DNA of 64,000 nt from a virus (taxonomy: Duplodnaviria; Caudoviricetes): positions 3,199 through 67,198 of IMG/VR virus record IMGVR_UViG_3300023173_000017. One strand, 5' to 3'. The position numbers and the translations under genes were made by a program. Every line of letters starts with the position of its first letter. The first letter of the stretch is position 1. Positions 9,859 to 21,600 of the stretch are shown here, piece after piece. Under the pieces are notes generated by a model. It worked only from the letters and a program-made list of their open reading frames with translations. It was not told the DNA's origin and searched no databases.

Positions 9859-10347
9859 TTATACACTAGAGGAAACGCCTACTGCCATAACATTCAGGGA
9901 AACATCTACAGATCCAGAAGAATTAAATCTAACAGATATTGTGGCACCTGAATTACTTACTGAGTTAACAGTTACAAGAACGTCTTTACTAACTGGGTTT
10001 TCATCAGTGCTAACAGGGCTAGCAACAACTATTGGTGGATAAGAAAATGCTGCATCTCCGAAGGAAACGTCTATTGTTTCCACCTGACCTTGATCTACAA
10101 CAGATTGTTGTTGAACTATAAAATTACTGGCAAATACTATTAAATTTGATGTTCTAGTATTAACTACCCCATTTGACGTTTTTACCTTACTTAGTCTTGT
10201 TGCAGAATCATTTACCTGACTAGCAATATCATTTACTACGCTAACAAGTCTATATATATAGGGAACATCTAATGGCTGGCCTATATCTGGTTCACTTATA
10301 CCTGGCATATTTTCTCCTGTAATAATTATACCATCAGGATATCGCAA
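9859..10347 (-). CDS. Minor tail / tail-tip protein with C-terminal beta-sandwich
   Basis: VSFGDAAFSYPPIVVAS...LNVMAVG; last gene of the tail-tip block. Confidence 0.6.
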   Translation of the reverse strand: MRYPDGIIITGENMPGISEPDIGQPLDVPYIYRLVSVVNDIASQVNDSATRLSKVKTSNGVVNTRTSNLIVFASNFIVQQQSVVDQGQVETIDVSFGDAAFSYPPIVVASPVSTDENPVSKDVLVTVNSVSNSGATISVRFNSSGSVDVSLNVMAVGVSSSV

Positions 10348-11146
10348 TAGATCCAGAGTAGGATCTAAATGGAAGTCCTGTTATTGACCCAACTCCAGAA
10401 GGTGTTCCAGAAAGGGTTATTCTATTACTATTATTTTTTGCATCGTTTTCTGTTGGATACAAAGAAATATTAAAATAGTCAATGACTCTTATATAGTATA
10501 TTGTAGAATCAATTAGACCCCCTATTGCGGAAGAAGACTCATACAAAACACTAGATCCAGTAGAAAATGGATTTCCTTTTTCAAAGTATAAAGAACTATT
10601 TGAGATATCTATCGTGGTGGAGTCCTGATTGAATGATGTTGTTTCTTCATATCTCATCAGCGGATTTGAAGGCCTCAATATCTCAACGTACAGATATCCA
10701 GGAACTAAATTGCTAACATTGTTAGTGTTTGGATCTACATATGGATATGTAGAGGGAACATTTATGCTTAACGAGGTGGTAGATACTCTTTCTTTATGTA
10801 TCCACTCTGATTCATTTTGTGCAGAACTATCTGCCCATTTTATCCAAATATCATACTCTGATATTTCGTCCAGCAATGACAACCCTTCATTTACTTTTTT
10901 ATACACAGAAACAGCATCCCAGGTGGTGCTTATGAAAGAAGAGCCTACTTGCTCCACTATCAAAAATCCTGGAGAATCTATTCTTCCTGGTTGATAAATT
11001 AATTCTGGATCTATAGAGTACATGGGGGAAAAGGCAGACCTAAAATTTCCATCTTCTGAAACTATTCTATATCTTACCTGATACTCTTTTGTAAAAGTAT
11101 TTATATTAGGCATCTGTTTATAATTAAGTTTAACTATTTTTGACAT
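10334..11146 (-). CDS. Minor tail protein
   Basis: YQVRYRIVSEDGNFRSAFSP N-terminus; coupled in tail block. Confidence 0.6.
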   Translation of the reverse strand: MSKIVKLNYKQMPNINTFTKEYQVRYRIVSEDGNFRSAFSPMYSIDPELIYQPGRIDSPGFLIVEQVGSSFISTTWDAVSVYKKVNEGLSLLDEISEYDIWIKWADSSAQNESEWIHKERVSTTSLSINVPSTYPYVDPNTNNVSNLVPGYLYVEILRPSNPLMRYEETTSFNQDSTTIDISNSSLYFEKGNPFSTGSSVLYESSSAIGGLIDSTIYYIRVIDYFNISLYPTENDAKNNSNRITLSGTPSGVGSITGLPFRSYSGSIAIS

Positions 11147-12492
11147 TAGGTTACTCCTATGCCGAACCTAAACTCAACAAAGTTGTTAGAATTTCTATAC
11201 TTAATTATTGGATAACCATCAACTGTCCTTGTAGAAGAATATCCAACCATTTTATATAGTGGATTAACTGTTGAAACGTTGTCTATTCTTATTCCGTCTA
11301 AAGCAACATAGTGTTCGTCTGAACCTACCAAAGAGCCTACTCCTTGAGTTGTAACTTGGCAGTAAATTTTAGCAACAGTTATCTGATCCGAAGAAAAATC
11401 TGGAGTATTAATTAAATCTGATACTGGAAAAGAAATAACCTTATATCTGTCATTTGTTAAAGCATAAGAGGGTATATATATTTCTGCTTTTGCAAATCCA
11501 ACATCTTTATTCAACTCGTTTCTTAGAAACTCAATCAATATTTTTACATATTCTGGAGTCCCTGATCCGATAGAAGTTTTATCTATTACGCTAAAAGCAA
11601 AACTAATAATATCTGATGGATTGTTCTTTGATATGTTTAAACTGATGTTCTTGAGATGAATGTGCTTAGACATAAAACCTTCTTCATCTTCTTCTGGAGT
11701 CCACGTTCCAGTCTTCCATGCTATTCCTCCGTTTGTCGTACCTGCGGCTACGGGCTTTGTTATAGTAAAACTATTAGAGGTTACCGATGTAACCTCTGCT
11801 GAAACAAAGTCAAAATTAGAATCAGCGCATCCCGATATTGTCACACTGTCTCCTATAACAAAAGTGTTTGAAGAAGATGTAGAGGTATATTCAACCAAGG
11901 TTCCATCAGATGATGCGGAGGAAATGTTGAAGTCTATAGACTCTATATTTGCAGAATCACCTCTTACAAAGATTGAATTATTTAAAAATCTTGGACCCTC
12001 TTTTCTATTTCTTCTTTCTGTTTCTTCCAAAAGTGCATGTTCATTATTTATCTTAAAAATCTTTAGACCATTATCTTCCACAACACCATTTGATCCTAAA
12101 TCCGAGAGCAATATAACTGGTTCTATTGTTGAATCGTGCGCTTCCCAGTTTTCTTCAAAATCAAAGATTGTTCTGCTATCAAAGCCCTTTGCTAGTGAAT
12201 TATTTGCCGAAGACCATAGTCCCACCTCAGTAATCTCGTACCTATTTTCTGTTGGAAGTTTTGCAGTAAATGCTATCTTTGTTATTCCATCCTCTTCAAC
12301 GAACCCTTTTGAAATTATAGGAACCCTATTCATTTCAAAATTCATTCTTTTTTTTGTTGACGCATCACTTTGTTCTGGATCTAAAAGATCTAATGGATCT
12401 GCCCCGCAACCTATTGATATGTGGGTGGCATAAGAGGGTGCCTGCCCCAACAGGTATTTTGATATTACTTCTTTTCCGTCGTTAGTAATCAT
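11146..12492 (-). CDS. Minor tail / baseplate protein
   Basis: MITNDGKEVISKYLLGQ...ITEVGLWS; coupled in tail block. Confidence 0.65.
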   Translation of the reverse strand: MITNDGKEVISKYLLGQAPSYATHISIGCGADPLDLLDPEQSDASTKKRMNFEMNRVPIISKGFVEEDGITKIAFTAKLPTENRYEITEVGLWSSANNSLAKGFDSRTIFDFEENWEAHDSTIEPVILLSDLGSNGVVEDNGLKIFKINNEHALLEETERRNRKEGPRFLNNSIFVRGDSANIESIDFNISSASSDGTLVEYTSTSSSNTFVIGDSVTISGCADSNFDFVSAEVTSVTSNSFTITKPVAAGTTNGGIAWKTGTWTPEEDEEGFMSKHIHLKNISLNISKNNPSDIISFAFSVIDKTSIGSGTPEYVKILIEFLRNELNKDVGFAKAEIYIPSYALTNDRYKVISFPVSDLINTPDFSSDQITVAKIYCQVTTQGVGSLVGSDEHYVALDGIRIDNVSTVNPLYKMVGYSSTRTVDGYPIIKYRNSNNFVEFRFGIGVT

Positions 12493-13283
12493 GAGAAATC
12501 CACTAAACTAATTGTACCACTTGTGTCAACATCTATCTCAATCAACTCATTATCTCTTATATCGTCAATCTCTATAACCAAGTCGCCTGAATCATCAAAG
12601 TACGGAGTGCTCATTCCTCTACCGATTAAGTCTATTCCGAAGGTTGCAAAATAGTTAGATGATGTAGAAGAAACATTGATAAGGTTGTTTGGATTATATT
12701 TATTTCTCAATTTTGATAAATTTTTTATTGGAGAATAGATCACCTTTTTACCATCCACAAGATCTGACCTTGAAACATTTATTAATTCCATTCCAGAAAT
12801 ATCTTCATAGTTTAATTCAAGGACGGCTTCTGGTCCAACTGGCTCTGGTCTTGTTATTACAATATCTGGATCTGCCTGCTTTATTCCTGAAGGACTAACA
12901 AAGTTTGAGGAGGTTATCCATGGATTGGCTGGTTTTGCTGGTGGTGCTGGGGCACCACCGCCGCCACCACCGCCACCGCCGCCACCACCGCCATCGCCGC
13001 TGTCACCAGTAGGTGGGGGGTTATTGCTTGGTTGGGAAATTGCGTTAATCGCATTAATATCTCTAATTACTGCCTGTTCAAATTGTCCTGCTGGTGCTAC
13101 CCCTGCGTTATTTGTATGTTCAATTGCCTTTTGTATTGCTGCCTGAGCATTTTCTGCCCTGCCATGCACTGCTTCAGAGTGTGCTACCTGTAGTGCGTGA
13201 GCGGCGGCAGCCATTTGTGCCTCTTTTGCCCTGCCAGCAGCAGTGTCAAGCCTATTTCCAAACTGCCCTCTTGGTATCGCCAT
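12489..13283 (-). CDS. Minor tail protein with Ala-rich head and poly-Gly/Pro linker
   Basis: Long poly-Gly run then APAPPAKP before a globular C-terminal domain. Confidence 0.6.
   Translation of the reverse strand: MAIPRGQFGNRLDTAAGRAKEAQMAAAAHALQVAHSEAVHGRAENAQAAIQKAIEHTNNAGVAPAGQFEQAVIRDINAINAISQPSNNPPPTGDSGDGGGGGGGGGGGGGAPAPPAKPANPWITSSNFVSPSGIKQADPDIVITRPEPVGPEAVLELNYEDISGMELINVSRSDLVDGKKVIYSPIKNLSKLRNKYNPNNLINVSSTSSNYFATFGIDLIGRGMSTPYFDDSGDLVIEIDDIRDNELIEIDVDTSGTISLVDFS
12954..12992. repeat. Low-complexity CCG/CCA run encoding poly-Gly
   Basis: caccaccgccgccaccaccgccaccgccgccaccaccgcc. Confidence 0.85.
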
Positions 13284-13284
13284 A

Positions 13285-16200
13285 CTATACCTCCACCAAA
13301 TACATAGTCATAGTTTCTTCTTGTAATGATTTATTATTTTCAATATTATATATTACAAATCTTTTATCGGTATCGCATACAACATCTACTCCATCATTAT
13401 TTTTATAATTAATTTTAACTATGTCTCCTAATTGCAAATCAAATGTTGAAAATGTATTTATTCCTAATAGAATTTTAGGCTTGGAAACTTTTTCTATAAT
13501 CCAACCCAATATTTTTTCTGCTGATTCTTCAGTCTGAATATAGGGGCTTGTTAAAGAAAAGTCTCTTATTCCGTATCTGTATCTGCTATTTATTATTTTG
13601 TTATACTCATCTCTTTGTATAAGAGGGTTCTTTAGAGTTCCATCGTCTTCATATATGGGATCTGACAAAGAAGATATTTTTTTGTAATAATCATCAACAG
13701 TTAGGGTTCTACTAGTTTCTTGCGTAAAGGCAACTCCTTGTATTCTTAAAAAGTTTCCTGTTGTATCATCAATATTTAGATTAGCGTCCGTGCAGTTAAT
13801 AATAAGAAACTCTGCTCCATACGAGTTTGCATAAAATCCTGAAATAGAATACCCCTTAATTTGATTAAATGTTTTCATTATTCTTGAATACAGTGCTGGA
13901 TATGCCCTATCATATTTTATGTTTAAGAAAGCCGCTTCTCTCATTATCGTTCCAAACTCATCATAGTAGAGAGAGTGTTCTGGACCACCCTCTGAATTTA
14001 TTCCAGACAGATAAGTCTTTTGTATTATTCCACTAATTGCATACTTTTTGAAAAACTCAGGGAAATCGACCTCCTGATCCTGCCAAACTTCAGACAGGGG
14101 TTGCGCTAAAGTTACATTGCTGTTTTGAGAAACATTTGGCCCTACCGCATAAATATTCTCAAACATACACCTACTTGTTCCCCTGACAAAAAGTGCCATT
14201 GAGTTATATTCTGGAAGGGGGTCTGTGTCTACTACAGTTTGTACTTGCTTTCCATTAATAAACAAAAAGAAGGTTCTTGATTCTCCAGAATTTATGTGCT
14301 CAACAGATAAATCGTAAACTGTGGAAACATCTTCTGTTATAAATCTATTTTGTCCAGTAAATTTTCCATCATCGACTACAATTTGGGACGTTCCGCTCCA
14401 CAGCCTTTTAGGTATTGCATTATTATTTTCATCTGCTTCAACCTTATAAAAGTAAACATTTGCAATATTCGTGGGATAAGCATTAGAAAGTCTAAGGGTT
14501 CCTCCAGTGGTAGAGGTTCTATTTGGAATTGCGGCCCCAGGTATGGTGTACTTTATTGTTTTTTTATTTTCATTAATTGCTGTTACCTTGTACTCACCAT
14601 TTAACGGAGTTCTAGTATCTGTTGGATTTAAAGAATCTACTAGACCAGTTATCTCAACTGTTTGACCTACAACAAAATCTACTTCATTTTTTAAGGTTAT
14701 TGTGACCACATTGTTATTACAAGTTGGTGCAGGGCTGCTTAAAATTTCATTAGCGGTTAACTGCTGCTTTGAAGGATTTATATAATCTTGAGCATTGCCT
14801 TCAGTCAGTGCAACTATCTCAAAGAAGTATCCAGTATTTCTTTCTTTATTAATATTTATCGCTATACCTCCAGATCCCCCCCTGATATCTAGGTTTTTGC
14901 TCGGATCATCTGCATTTATATCTTGATTTTGTAGAAAGATAAAAGATCCTTCAGGACTTTGTAATCCAGACTCTCCAGCATTTATGCTGCCTATGATTCT
15001 CATCCTGGTTCCAAAATGCTTGAATGAATCATTAAACTCTTTGTACATATAAGAAACAAAGTTTACTGGATCTACTTGCTCTGGTAAATCTGGTCCATTA
15101 AAGACTAAGGCAGAAGATTGTATCGTACCCTCCCTAGCAGTACTAAAATAATTAACCTCATTTTCTGTATAATGTTTATTGGCTCTGAAATTTTTTATTA
15201 TTCCATTTCTTGTTGAACTTTGTGCCACAGTATCTGATTCAAATACTCCAAACTCTTCAAATTCTTTTGATTTTCCAGCAACCTGATTCTGCACTGTTGT
15301 TGGATACTCTATAAATCTATTAGTTGTAAACAAGTAATCTTTTGCTTCTTGTAGGCATCCAGCGGCATATGTATTTTCAGACCAGTATTCTGAAAGCCCT
15401 GCTGTATGTTCTGTAATGGGAGTTCCAAACTGTCCTCTTCCGTGACGTTTAACTTCTCCATTTTTTGGCCTTGTTATTCCGTTTATTGTCTCATAAATTG
15501 GCTCAGAATATATTCTGACATTTCCAGTTGGATACATTTTGCCATTAAATGGTAGTTTAGAAAAATATTTTTGATATTCTTCGTTGCTTGATATCCATCT
15601 TAAGTTTCCTTCAAGGCCATCGCCTAGTACTCCAGAAATTGCGTACTCTATTGCATCGTATTTGATAATTTCTCCGTTAGCATAAAAGTATCCTTGATGA
15701 GATGACAGTGATGCTGAAGGAAAGTCTATGTTTTCTCCTAAATCAAGTATGTTGTTTATTACTTGATTGTTTTCCACTAATGGAATGTCTGAGGATAGTG
15801 TTGTGTTTAATGGAGCAGCAGTCAAGGTGTAGCCCTGAGATGTATTAGATCTAGCATTTCTAGTTCTAAGATTTTCTTTTCCTGAAATTTCCCACAGAAG
15901 GACTGGCTTATATCCATAAGTTTTATATCTATCTGTATATCTGGCCTGAGAATACTGAGAGATTTCTCTTTGAATATATCTGGTGGTAAAGTCTATTTTT
16001 CCATCATTATATACCTGCTTATCTTCTGAAGAAAGATTTATGATGTTGGGAAGTTTATCTTCTTCAATCTGACCGTACAGAATTGAATCAGTTTCCCTGC
16101 TGCTTTCCGTTTCAGGCATTAGGTATTCTTTAGACATTACAACAAGGTTGTTGTATTCATCAAAAAACATAGCAGTCTGTGAGGCAACCGCTATATCTGT

Positions 16201-17979
16201 TAAAACCTCTGCAACATTTTTTTGAGTTCCTGTAAAGAAAAATGGTATTATCATTTCAGACTCATTATCTATTCTTTTAAAAACATAGTTGCTATAACCA
16301 ATGTAATCCAACAGCAAACTAACAGCATAACTAATTGAGCAGTCAGGTATTAATAATTCTGGTGCCTTCATTGATTCTAAAAAGAAAAATAGATCTCTTA
16401 GTTCAAAGGATATGGTACCAGTCTGTTTCGAAACGTTAGGAAAGGAGTCTACATACATAGACTTTATTGGAATATAATAATCATAATTTTTAACATTTCT
16501 AACTATTTTATAAAAATTAAATTTTATCCTCTTGTCTACATAACTAGAAAGAATGCTTCCAGTTTTTGATTCTATATCAAATGTGTTGTTAGAGTTAAAG
16601 GAAAAATCATCATCAAAAATATCCATGGAACCGATTGAAGCAAAAATTCCACCCACGGGAACTGAGGCATTTCCTAGGTCTGACATTGTTTTTGTAATAT
16701 TAAAAGAAGAAACTTTGTCTGATAAATCAAAAACAATTCTTGGAGACATTTCTATTAGGTCAAATGTGCATCCTTCTCTATTCATACTTTCTACTACAAT
16801 TCTTATCCCGCGAATAAGATCAAATTCTCTAAATTGTGTTTCACCTGATCCATTAATAAAATATTCTGGGTTTGTTGCCTTTGTTAGTTTATGACTTCTA
16901 ACATCAAAGTTTTGATTAGAGACTCCCCAATAATATTCTGGCCTTACGGATTCCCAATTTGTTCCGTCATATACCTTTAACGTTCCCCTCTCTTCTTCCG
17001 AGGTTTTAATTAAATAGACCGATCCATAACTTGCTTGATCTGGAAGAAAAGATTCATCTGTAATTTCTCCAAAATAAATGTAATTGTTTTCATACTGCAC
17101 TGGCAATCTTAGTCCATAAGATAATTCAACATACCCATCGCTGCCTATCAAGGTGTTTCCATTGGCATCCCTATAGTTCTCATCAAAAGATGCGACCTCC
17201 ACCCATTCAGTATCTTTAAGAACCTCAATCCTCCATCTTTTTGGGGTTGTTTGATTATTTTGCCCATACAATGGATCTTCAATTTCAACGCCATCATATA
17301 TAAAACTACCCAGATTAACGTCACCCACATTTGTTTGCATTTTAAATATTAGTCTGTTTGCTGGAACATTTTCCTTGTAAACAACAAATGGTACAGCATC
17401 GTATATATAGTAATTTCCTAAAGAAGATGGACGAGATATTCCAAACTCTTCTTCTTGATTATTTTCTAAATCATTTCTATACGAGGTCCAGTATTTAAAA
17501 AGATCTTTTCTGGAAGACATATAGTATCTTGGTCTATTAGAAACGCTTAAAATTTCCTGAGATGTAAAATTTCTATCTCCTGTATCTAAATATTGATTAC
17601 CACGCTGACCCAAATATAACAACTTGTTTATTCCTGACCTTGGCCTATTTTCAAGTAGACAGTCCTTTAAAGAATATAACAACTTCATTTTTTCATTATT
17701 TTTTGTAAAAATAATTGGTCTATCTTCATTGTCTGATAGATTGCTTACAACTATGTTTGAATCTGTTGCTCCAGTGTAGTATCCACCTTCATCAATTGGA
17801 TCATAAGACCTTGGCAATTCGGAGAATTGTCCACCTTCTGTTCCTGGCCTATATCTATAGTTACCTATTTTTTCTAAATTGTTAGAGTCATTCATGTTAA
17901 TTTCGCCAATAATTATTGACTCTGTTGAAATTGTGTTAGATGTTTTTAAATGATTGTTTAGTTCTTCTGATATAAACAT
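13285..17979 (-). CDS. Large tail-tip / baseplate hub protein
   Basis: 1564 aa, second gene after tape measure; AVASQTAMFFDEYNNL pattern typical of hub proteins. Confidence 0.7.
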   Translation of the reverse strand: MFISEELNNHLKTSNTISTESIIIGEINMNDSNNLEKIGNYRYRPGTEGGQFSELPRSYDPIDEGGYYTGATDSNIVVSNLSDNEDRPIIFTKNNEKMKLLYSLKDCLLENRPRSGINKLLYLGQRGNQYLDTGDRNFTSQEILSVSNRPRYYMSSRKDLFKYWTSYRNDLENNQEEEFGISRPSSLGNYYIYDAVPFVVYKENVPANRLIFKMQTNVGDVNLGSFIYDGVEIEDPLYGQNNQTTPKRWRIEVLKDTEWVEVASFDENYRDANGNTLIGSDGYVELSYGLRLPVQYENNYIYFGEITDESFLPDQASYGSVYLIKTSEEERGTLKVYDGTNWESVRPEYYWGVSNQNFDVRSHKLTKATNPEYFINGSGETQFREFDLIRGIRIVVESMNREGCTFDLIEMSPRIVFDLSDKVSSFNITKTMSDLGNASVPVGGIFASIGSMDIFDDDFSFNSNNTFDIESKTGSILSSYVDKRIKFNFYKIVRNVKNYDYYIPIKSMYVDSFPNVSKQTGTISFELRDLFFFLESMKAPELLIPDCSISYAVSLLLDYIGYSNYVFKRIDNESEMIIPFFFTGTQKNVAEVLTDIAVASQTAMFFDEYNNLVVMSKEYLMPETESSRETDSILYGQIEEDKLPNIINLSSEDKQVYNDGKIDFTTRYIQREISQYSQARYTDRYKTYGYKPVLLWEISGKENLRTRNARSNTSQGYTLTAAPLNTTLSSDIPLVENNQVINNILDLGENIDFPSASLSSHQGYFYANGEIIKYDAIEYAISGVLGDGLEGNLRWISSNEEYQKYFSKLPFNGKMYPTGNVRIYSEPIYETINGITRPKNGEVKRHGRGQFGTPITEHTAGLSEYWSENTYAAGCLQEAKDYLFTTNRFIEYPTTVQNQVAGKSKEFEEFGVFESDTVAQSSTRNGIIKNFRANKHYTENEVNYFSTAREGTIQSSALVFNGPDLPEQVDPVNFVSYMYKEFNDSFKHFGTRMRIIGSINAGESGLQSPEGSFIFLQNQDINADDPSKNLDIRGGSGGIAININKERNTGYFFEIVALTEGNAQDYINPSKQQLTANEILSSPAPTCNNNVVTITLKNEVDFVVGQTVEITGLVDSLNPTDTRTPLNGEYKVTAINENKKTIKYTIPGAAIPNRTSTTGGTLRLSNAYPTNIANVYFYKVEADENNNAIPKRLWSGTSQIVVDDGKFTGQNRFITEDVSTVYDLSVEHINSGESRTFFLFINGKQVQTVVDTDPLPEYNSMALFVRGTSRCMFENIYAVGPNVSQNSNVTLAQPLSEVWQDQEVDFPEFFKKYAISGIIQKTYLSGINSEGGPEHSLYYDEFGTIMREAAFLNIKYDRAYPALYSRIMKTFNQIKGYSISGFYANSYGAEFLIINCTDANLNIDDTTGNFLRIQGVAFTQETSRTLTVDDYYKKISSLSDPIYEDDGTLKNPLIQRDEYNKIINSRYRYGIRDFSLTSPYIQTEESAEKILGWIIEKVSKPKILLGINTFSTFDLQLGDIVKINYKNNDGVDVVCDTDKRFVIYNIENNKSLQEETMTMYLVEV

Positions 17980-18605
17980 TATGCTTCTTCCATGCTAAGA
18001 CTTATGTTCCACATATCAAAGCCAGAAGATGTTCCGCTTCCCCAAGACTGACCTCTTTTTTCTACTTCGTAATCAAATGCAGAAAAATACATTTTAAGAA
18101 TGTGAGTATATCTATTCAAGTTTCCAGCCCCATCTTTATCGTAAGATAAAAATACCCAGAAGGCTCCTACGTTAGACTCATACCAGTCAAGAAGTTCTGC
18201 GCCACCCGCTCCTCCATCAACTGTGTATTCTTCTGGATTAAATCCTAAAAAACTTCCTGTGCCAGGTTGTACAACATCTTCTTGATTAAGTTCGCCATCC
18301 GTATATTCTGGAGCGGAGGAATAAGATCTGGAGGGTAGCCGTGACCATGAGCAAGATAAATTAATCTTGTCAGCAGTATGATAGGATCTCATTGATCCAT
18401 TAATCATTCTTTGTCTTATTTCAATTCTTTGCTTAGACACATTAAATGGGCTTCTGTTGTGATCTGAAAGTATTATAAAGTCTGTGCCCTCATCTCCTGA
18501 TGGAACATATATGCCGTCTGTCAGCAATCCTGGATTATTGGAAAAGATAATAGCCTGCGGTCTTTGAAATTTAATCCTATTTCTCATATATCCACTAGTT
18601 GCCAC
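17979..18605 (-). CDS. Distal tail (Dit-like) protein
   Basis: Directly follows tape measure; RQRMINGSMRSYH, WNISLSMEEA. Confidence 0.6.
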   Translation of the reverse strand: MATSGYMRNRIKFQRPQAIIFSNNPGLLTDGIYVPSGDEGTDFIILSDHNRSPFNVSKQRIEIRQRMINGSMRSYHTADKINLSCSWSRLPSRSYSSAPEYTDGELNQEDVVQPGTGSFLGFNPEEYTVDGGAGGAELLDWYESNVGAFWVFLSYDKDGAGNLNRYTHILKMYFSAFDYEVEKRGQSWGSGTSSGFDMWNISLSMEEA

Positions 18606-21600
18606 GATTACTCCTTATATTATGGCTTTGTAGTTGTCTCATTTTAACCATAACCCTGTTTGCAATTTCGTCTGCTGACTGATTGGAGCCATTGATGGAA
18701 AAATTCATATCATATACATTATACACTGGAGCACTTATGCTAGAAATATTTGAAACGCTTACATCTGCTGGAGACACATTAGATGATCTTTCTGGTGCTC
18801 CATAACCTGGCATAGAGAAGGAACCCATGTTTATATCATGCATCATTGACTGACCATATTTATTTACCATTGCCTTCCTAATTACGAACTCTCCAGGAGT
18901 GAGCATTGCTGGAACTGAGTCTCTTGATCCATTTCCTGCTACCCCGCCCACGGAGTACCCCTTTATTTTTCCTCCTTTTGAATACCCCTCTACTATTCCT
19001 CCAGCGTAGGACTTTACTATTCCTCCAGCGTAGGACTTTGCTGCTTTCGCTCCATTAAATTGACTTAACGCTCCAAGGGCGGATACGATTGATCTTGTTA
19101 CACCATCCCAAGATCCTGACAGTTCATCTGCTTTTTTCCTTGCTTTAATTGTCATGTCTCTAATCTCCCCAGTTACCTTTTGGCTTGCCCCCTCTAACTC
19201 TAGAATTCTATTTAAATGATTTTGTTTTGCTTTTAGTGGACCATTAACATGATCAATTTCTATGTTAAGTTTTCTTAAATATTCGTTTTGCAAATCATTT
19301 TGTCTTTGCAATGGATCAATTTGTTCATCAAAAATTTGTTTCTTTTGAACATTTCTGTCGTATATTAAATCTTCAATATCTCTTATTTGCATGTCAAGGG
19401 AGTGTTGTTGATCTTTTAGCGGAATCATTTGCTGATTTCTTTGGTATATCATATCCTCAATCTGTCTTATTTGCAATGAAGTTTGATAAGATTGTTCTTT
19501 TATGTTTGCAATTTGTCTTTCTGCCTGATCTCTTGTTAAACCATCGGATGTTCTTAGGTTTGAAACTTGATTTTCTAAACCAGCCTCTAGTCCAGAAATC
19601 AACTGCCTCTTTGAAAACTCTGCGGAGCCTGCACGCATTTCTTGTGCTGCGGCAGTAGCCGAATAAATGTCCCCTTCAGAAATTGCCCTAGATATATTTA
19701 GTTGCTGTTTTTGTTGATTAAGTATATAGTCATTTACATCTGCTACCTTTTCAAGTTGCTCAACTCTTTTTTGGTGGCTATCCCTAAGTTCTTGTTCAAT
19801 TTTTGACATATCATCAAGTTCTTTAGATAGTGCCTCAGATTCTCTAGACCTTATTTCGTCTTGCCTATTTAACAATTCTATTCTTCTTTGATCCATTTCG
19901 TTGGCACGATCAAGAACCTCAATCTGTCTTTCAAGCATTTCTTGCTGTCTTGATAATCCTTCTATTCTTTCTTCGTCTATTTCATTGAGTTCTTCTAATT
20001 CATCAATCTGCTTTTGTATAACCCTTATGCTTTCCTCCCTCTTTGAAATCTCTAGTTCCATCATTTCTGGGAGCATTCCGTGGGTTTTTTCAAATGCATT
20101 AATTAAATCATCTTCATTTTTCTTTATCTGTAGTTCCAAAGAATCTATCATTGCTTTTGTAGCCTGCTCTTGAGCCTCAAACTCCGTTTGCGTTTCCTCA
20201 GCAAGTTCTCTCTTTGCGTTTGCTAATTTTTGAACTTCTTTTACAAGTTTGTTGTACTCTTTAGACCCCACCTTTACTTTTGCAAAAGATGAAATAAATT
20301 GTTCATCGTTCATAACGATATCTTGAAGTTCTGGAGAAAGCCCCTCTATAGCCCTGGCTGCTGCTGTTTTTTCTTTTGTTTTTCCCTTTTCTCGTCTTAG
20401 GCTTTCTACTGTCTGACCTAAAGAATCAAGCCTTGATCCTTCACTTAATTTTTTAATTTGTTCTCTGTTCTTTTTAAGCAGTTCTTTTGCATTTTTTAGA
20501 CCTTCTGGGCCAGTGCCCAGTGCTGAAATAATATCTTCAGATAATCCCCTATTTCTGAGTTTTTGGAAAACACCAAGGAACTTTCCACGATTCTTTAGAT
20601 ATCCCTTCATGCCCTTTTCTGCATTAAGATAGAGTTTCGCATTAGCATTAATATTGTCTATAAAGTCTTCAAGGAAGGATTTTTCAGCACTGCCACCAGT
20701 TTCTTCTGTTTCCCCCATACCCTTTCCATCTTCTTCTCCACCGCCAAACAGTTGATCCATGAGTGCTTTTGCTTCGTCTGCCTCCTTTTTCAATTGAGCG
20801 AGTTTTGTTTCTGCTCCAGAAACTTGTCCAGCAATAAATGTTGTTTCTCCAGAAAGCATTTTATCAACAGCCAACATCATTTGAATTGCTTGTGCAAATT
20901 TTTCTTCACCAAGAACCCCTAAATTCAACAGAAAATCTACTTGCTTTCCATCAAAACTAGAAATATTTTCCAAATTGTTTGCTAAGACTTCAAGATTTGC
21001 TGTTGTTAAAGAACCTTCTCCATAAGCAACTATTATTTTAGTTTGCCTTGTATGATCAGCAGGCAATCTATCAATAACGTTTGCTAGATCTATAATTTCT
21101 TGTTCTGTGATACTACCCCTTGCATACTCTACCCCCAATGTTACAACGGCTTTATCGCTGACACTCTTAAGTGCATCAGTAATTTTTGTTCTCATTTCTT
21201 CATCAATACCAGCGAACGTTTGCAGAGTAAATGATTCCCTAAATGCTTTTAGTGCTGTTGTATTATCAAGACCTTCCAGAGTATCTATTGCTTGACCAGC
21301 GAACTTTTTTACTCTAATAAATTGTGTGGCTACTCCAGATGCCATTTTTTCATATTCTTTTTGACTTATGGCTCCTCTTTCAACAGCATCATTGTAAAGT
21401 GCCAGGGCCTGCCTATTTAAGAAAAGTGACTTTCCATACTTTGCTGCCGCGTCTGTTGCTTTTTCAAATGCCTTTTGTGTTTCAGCGGGTGTCTCTCTTC
21501 CAGCGATCCTTCCAGCCTGCTCTATCGCTGGCATAGCAGGCATTCCAGAAACTGGCAACAAGTCTCTTTGTGTTTGCAATCTATCTAATTCGTCAAGTGC

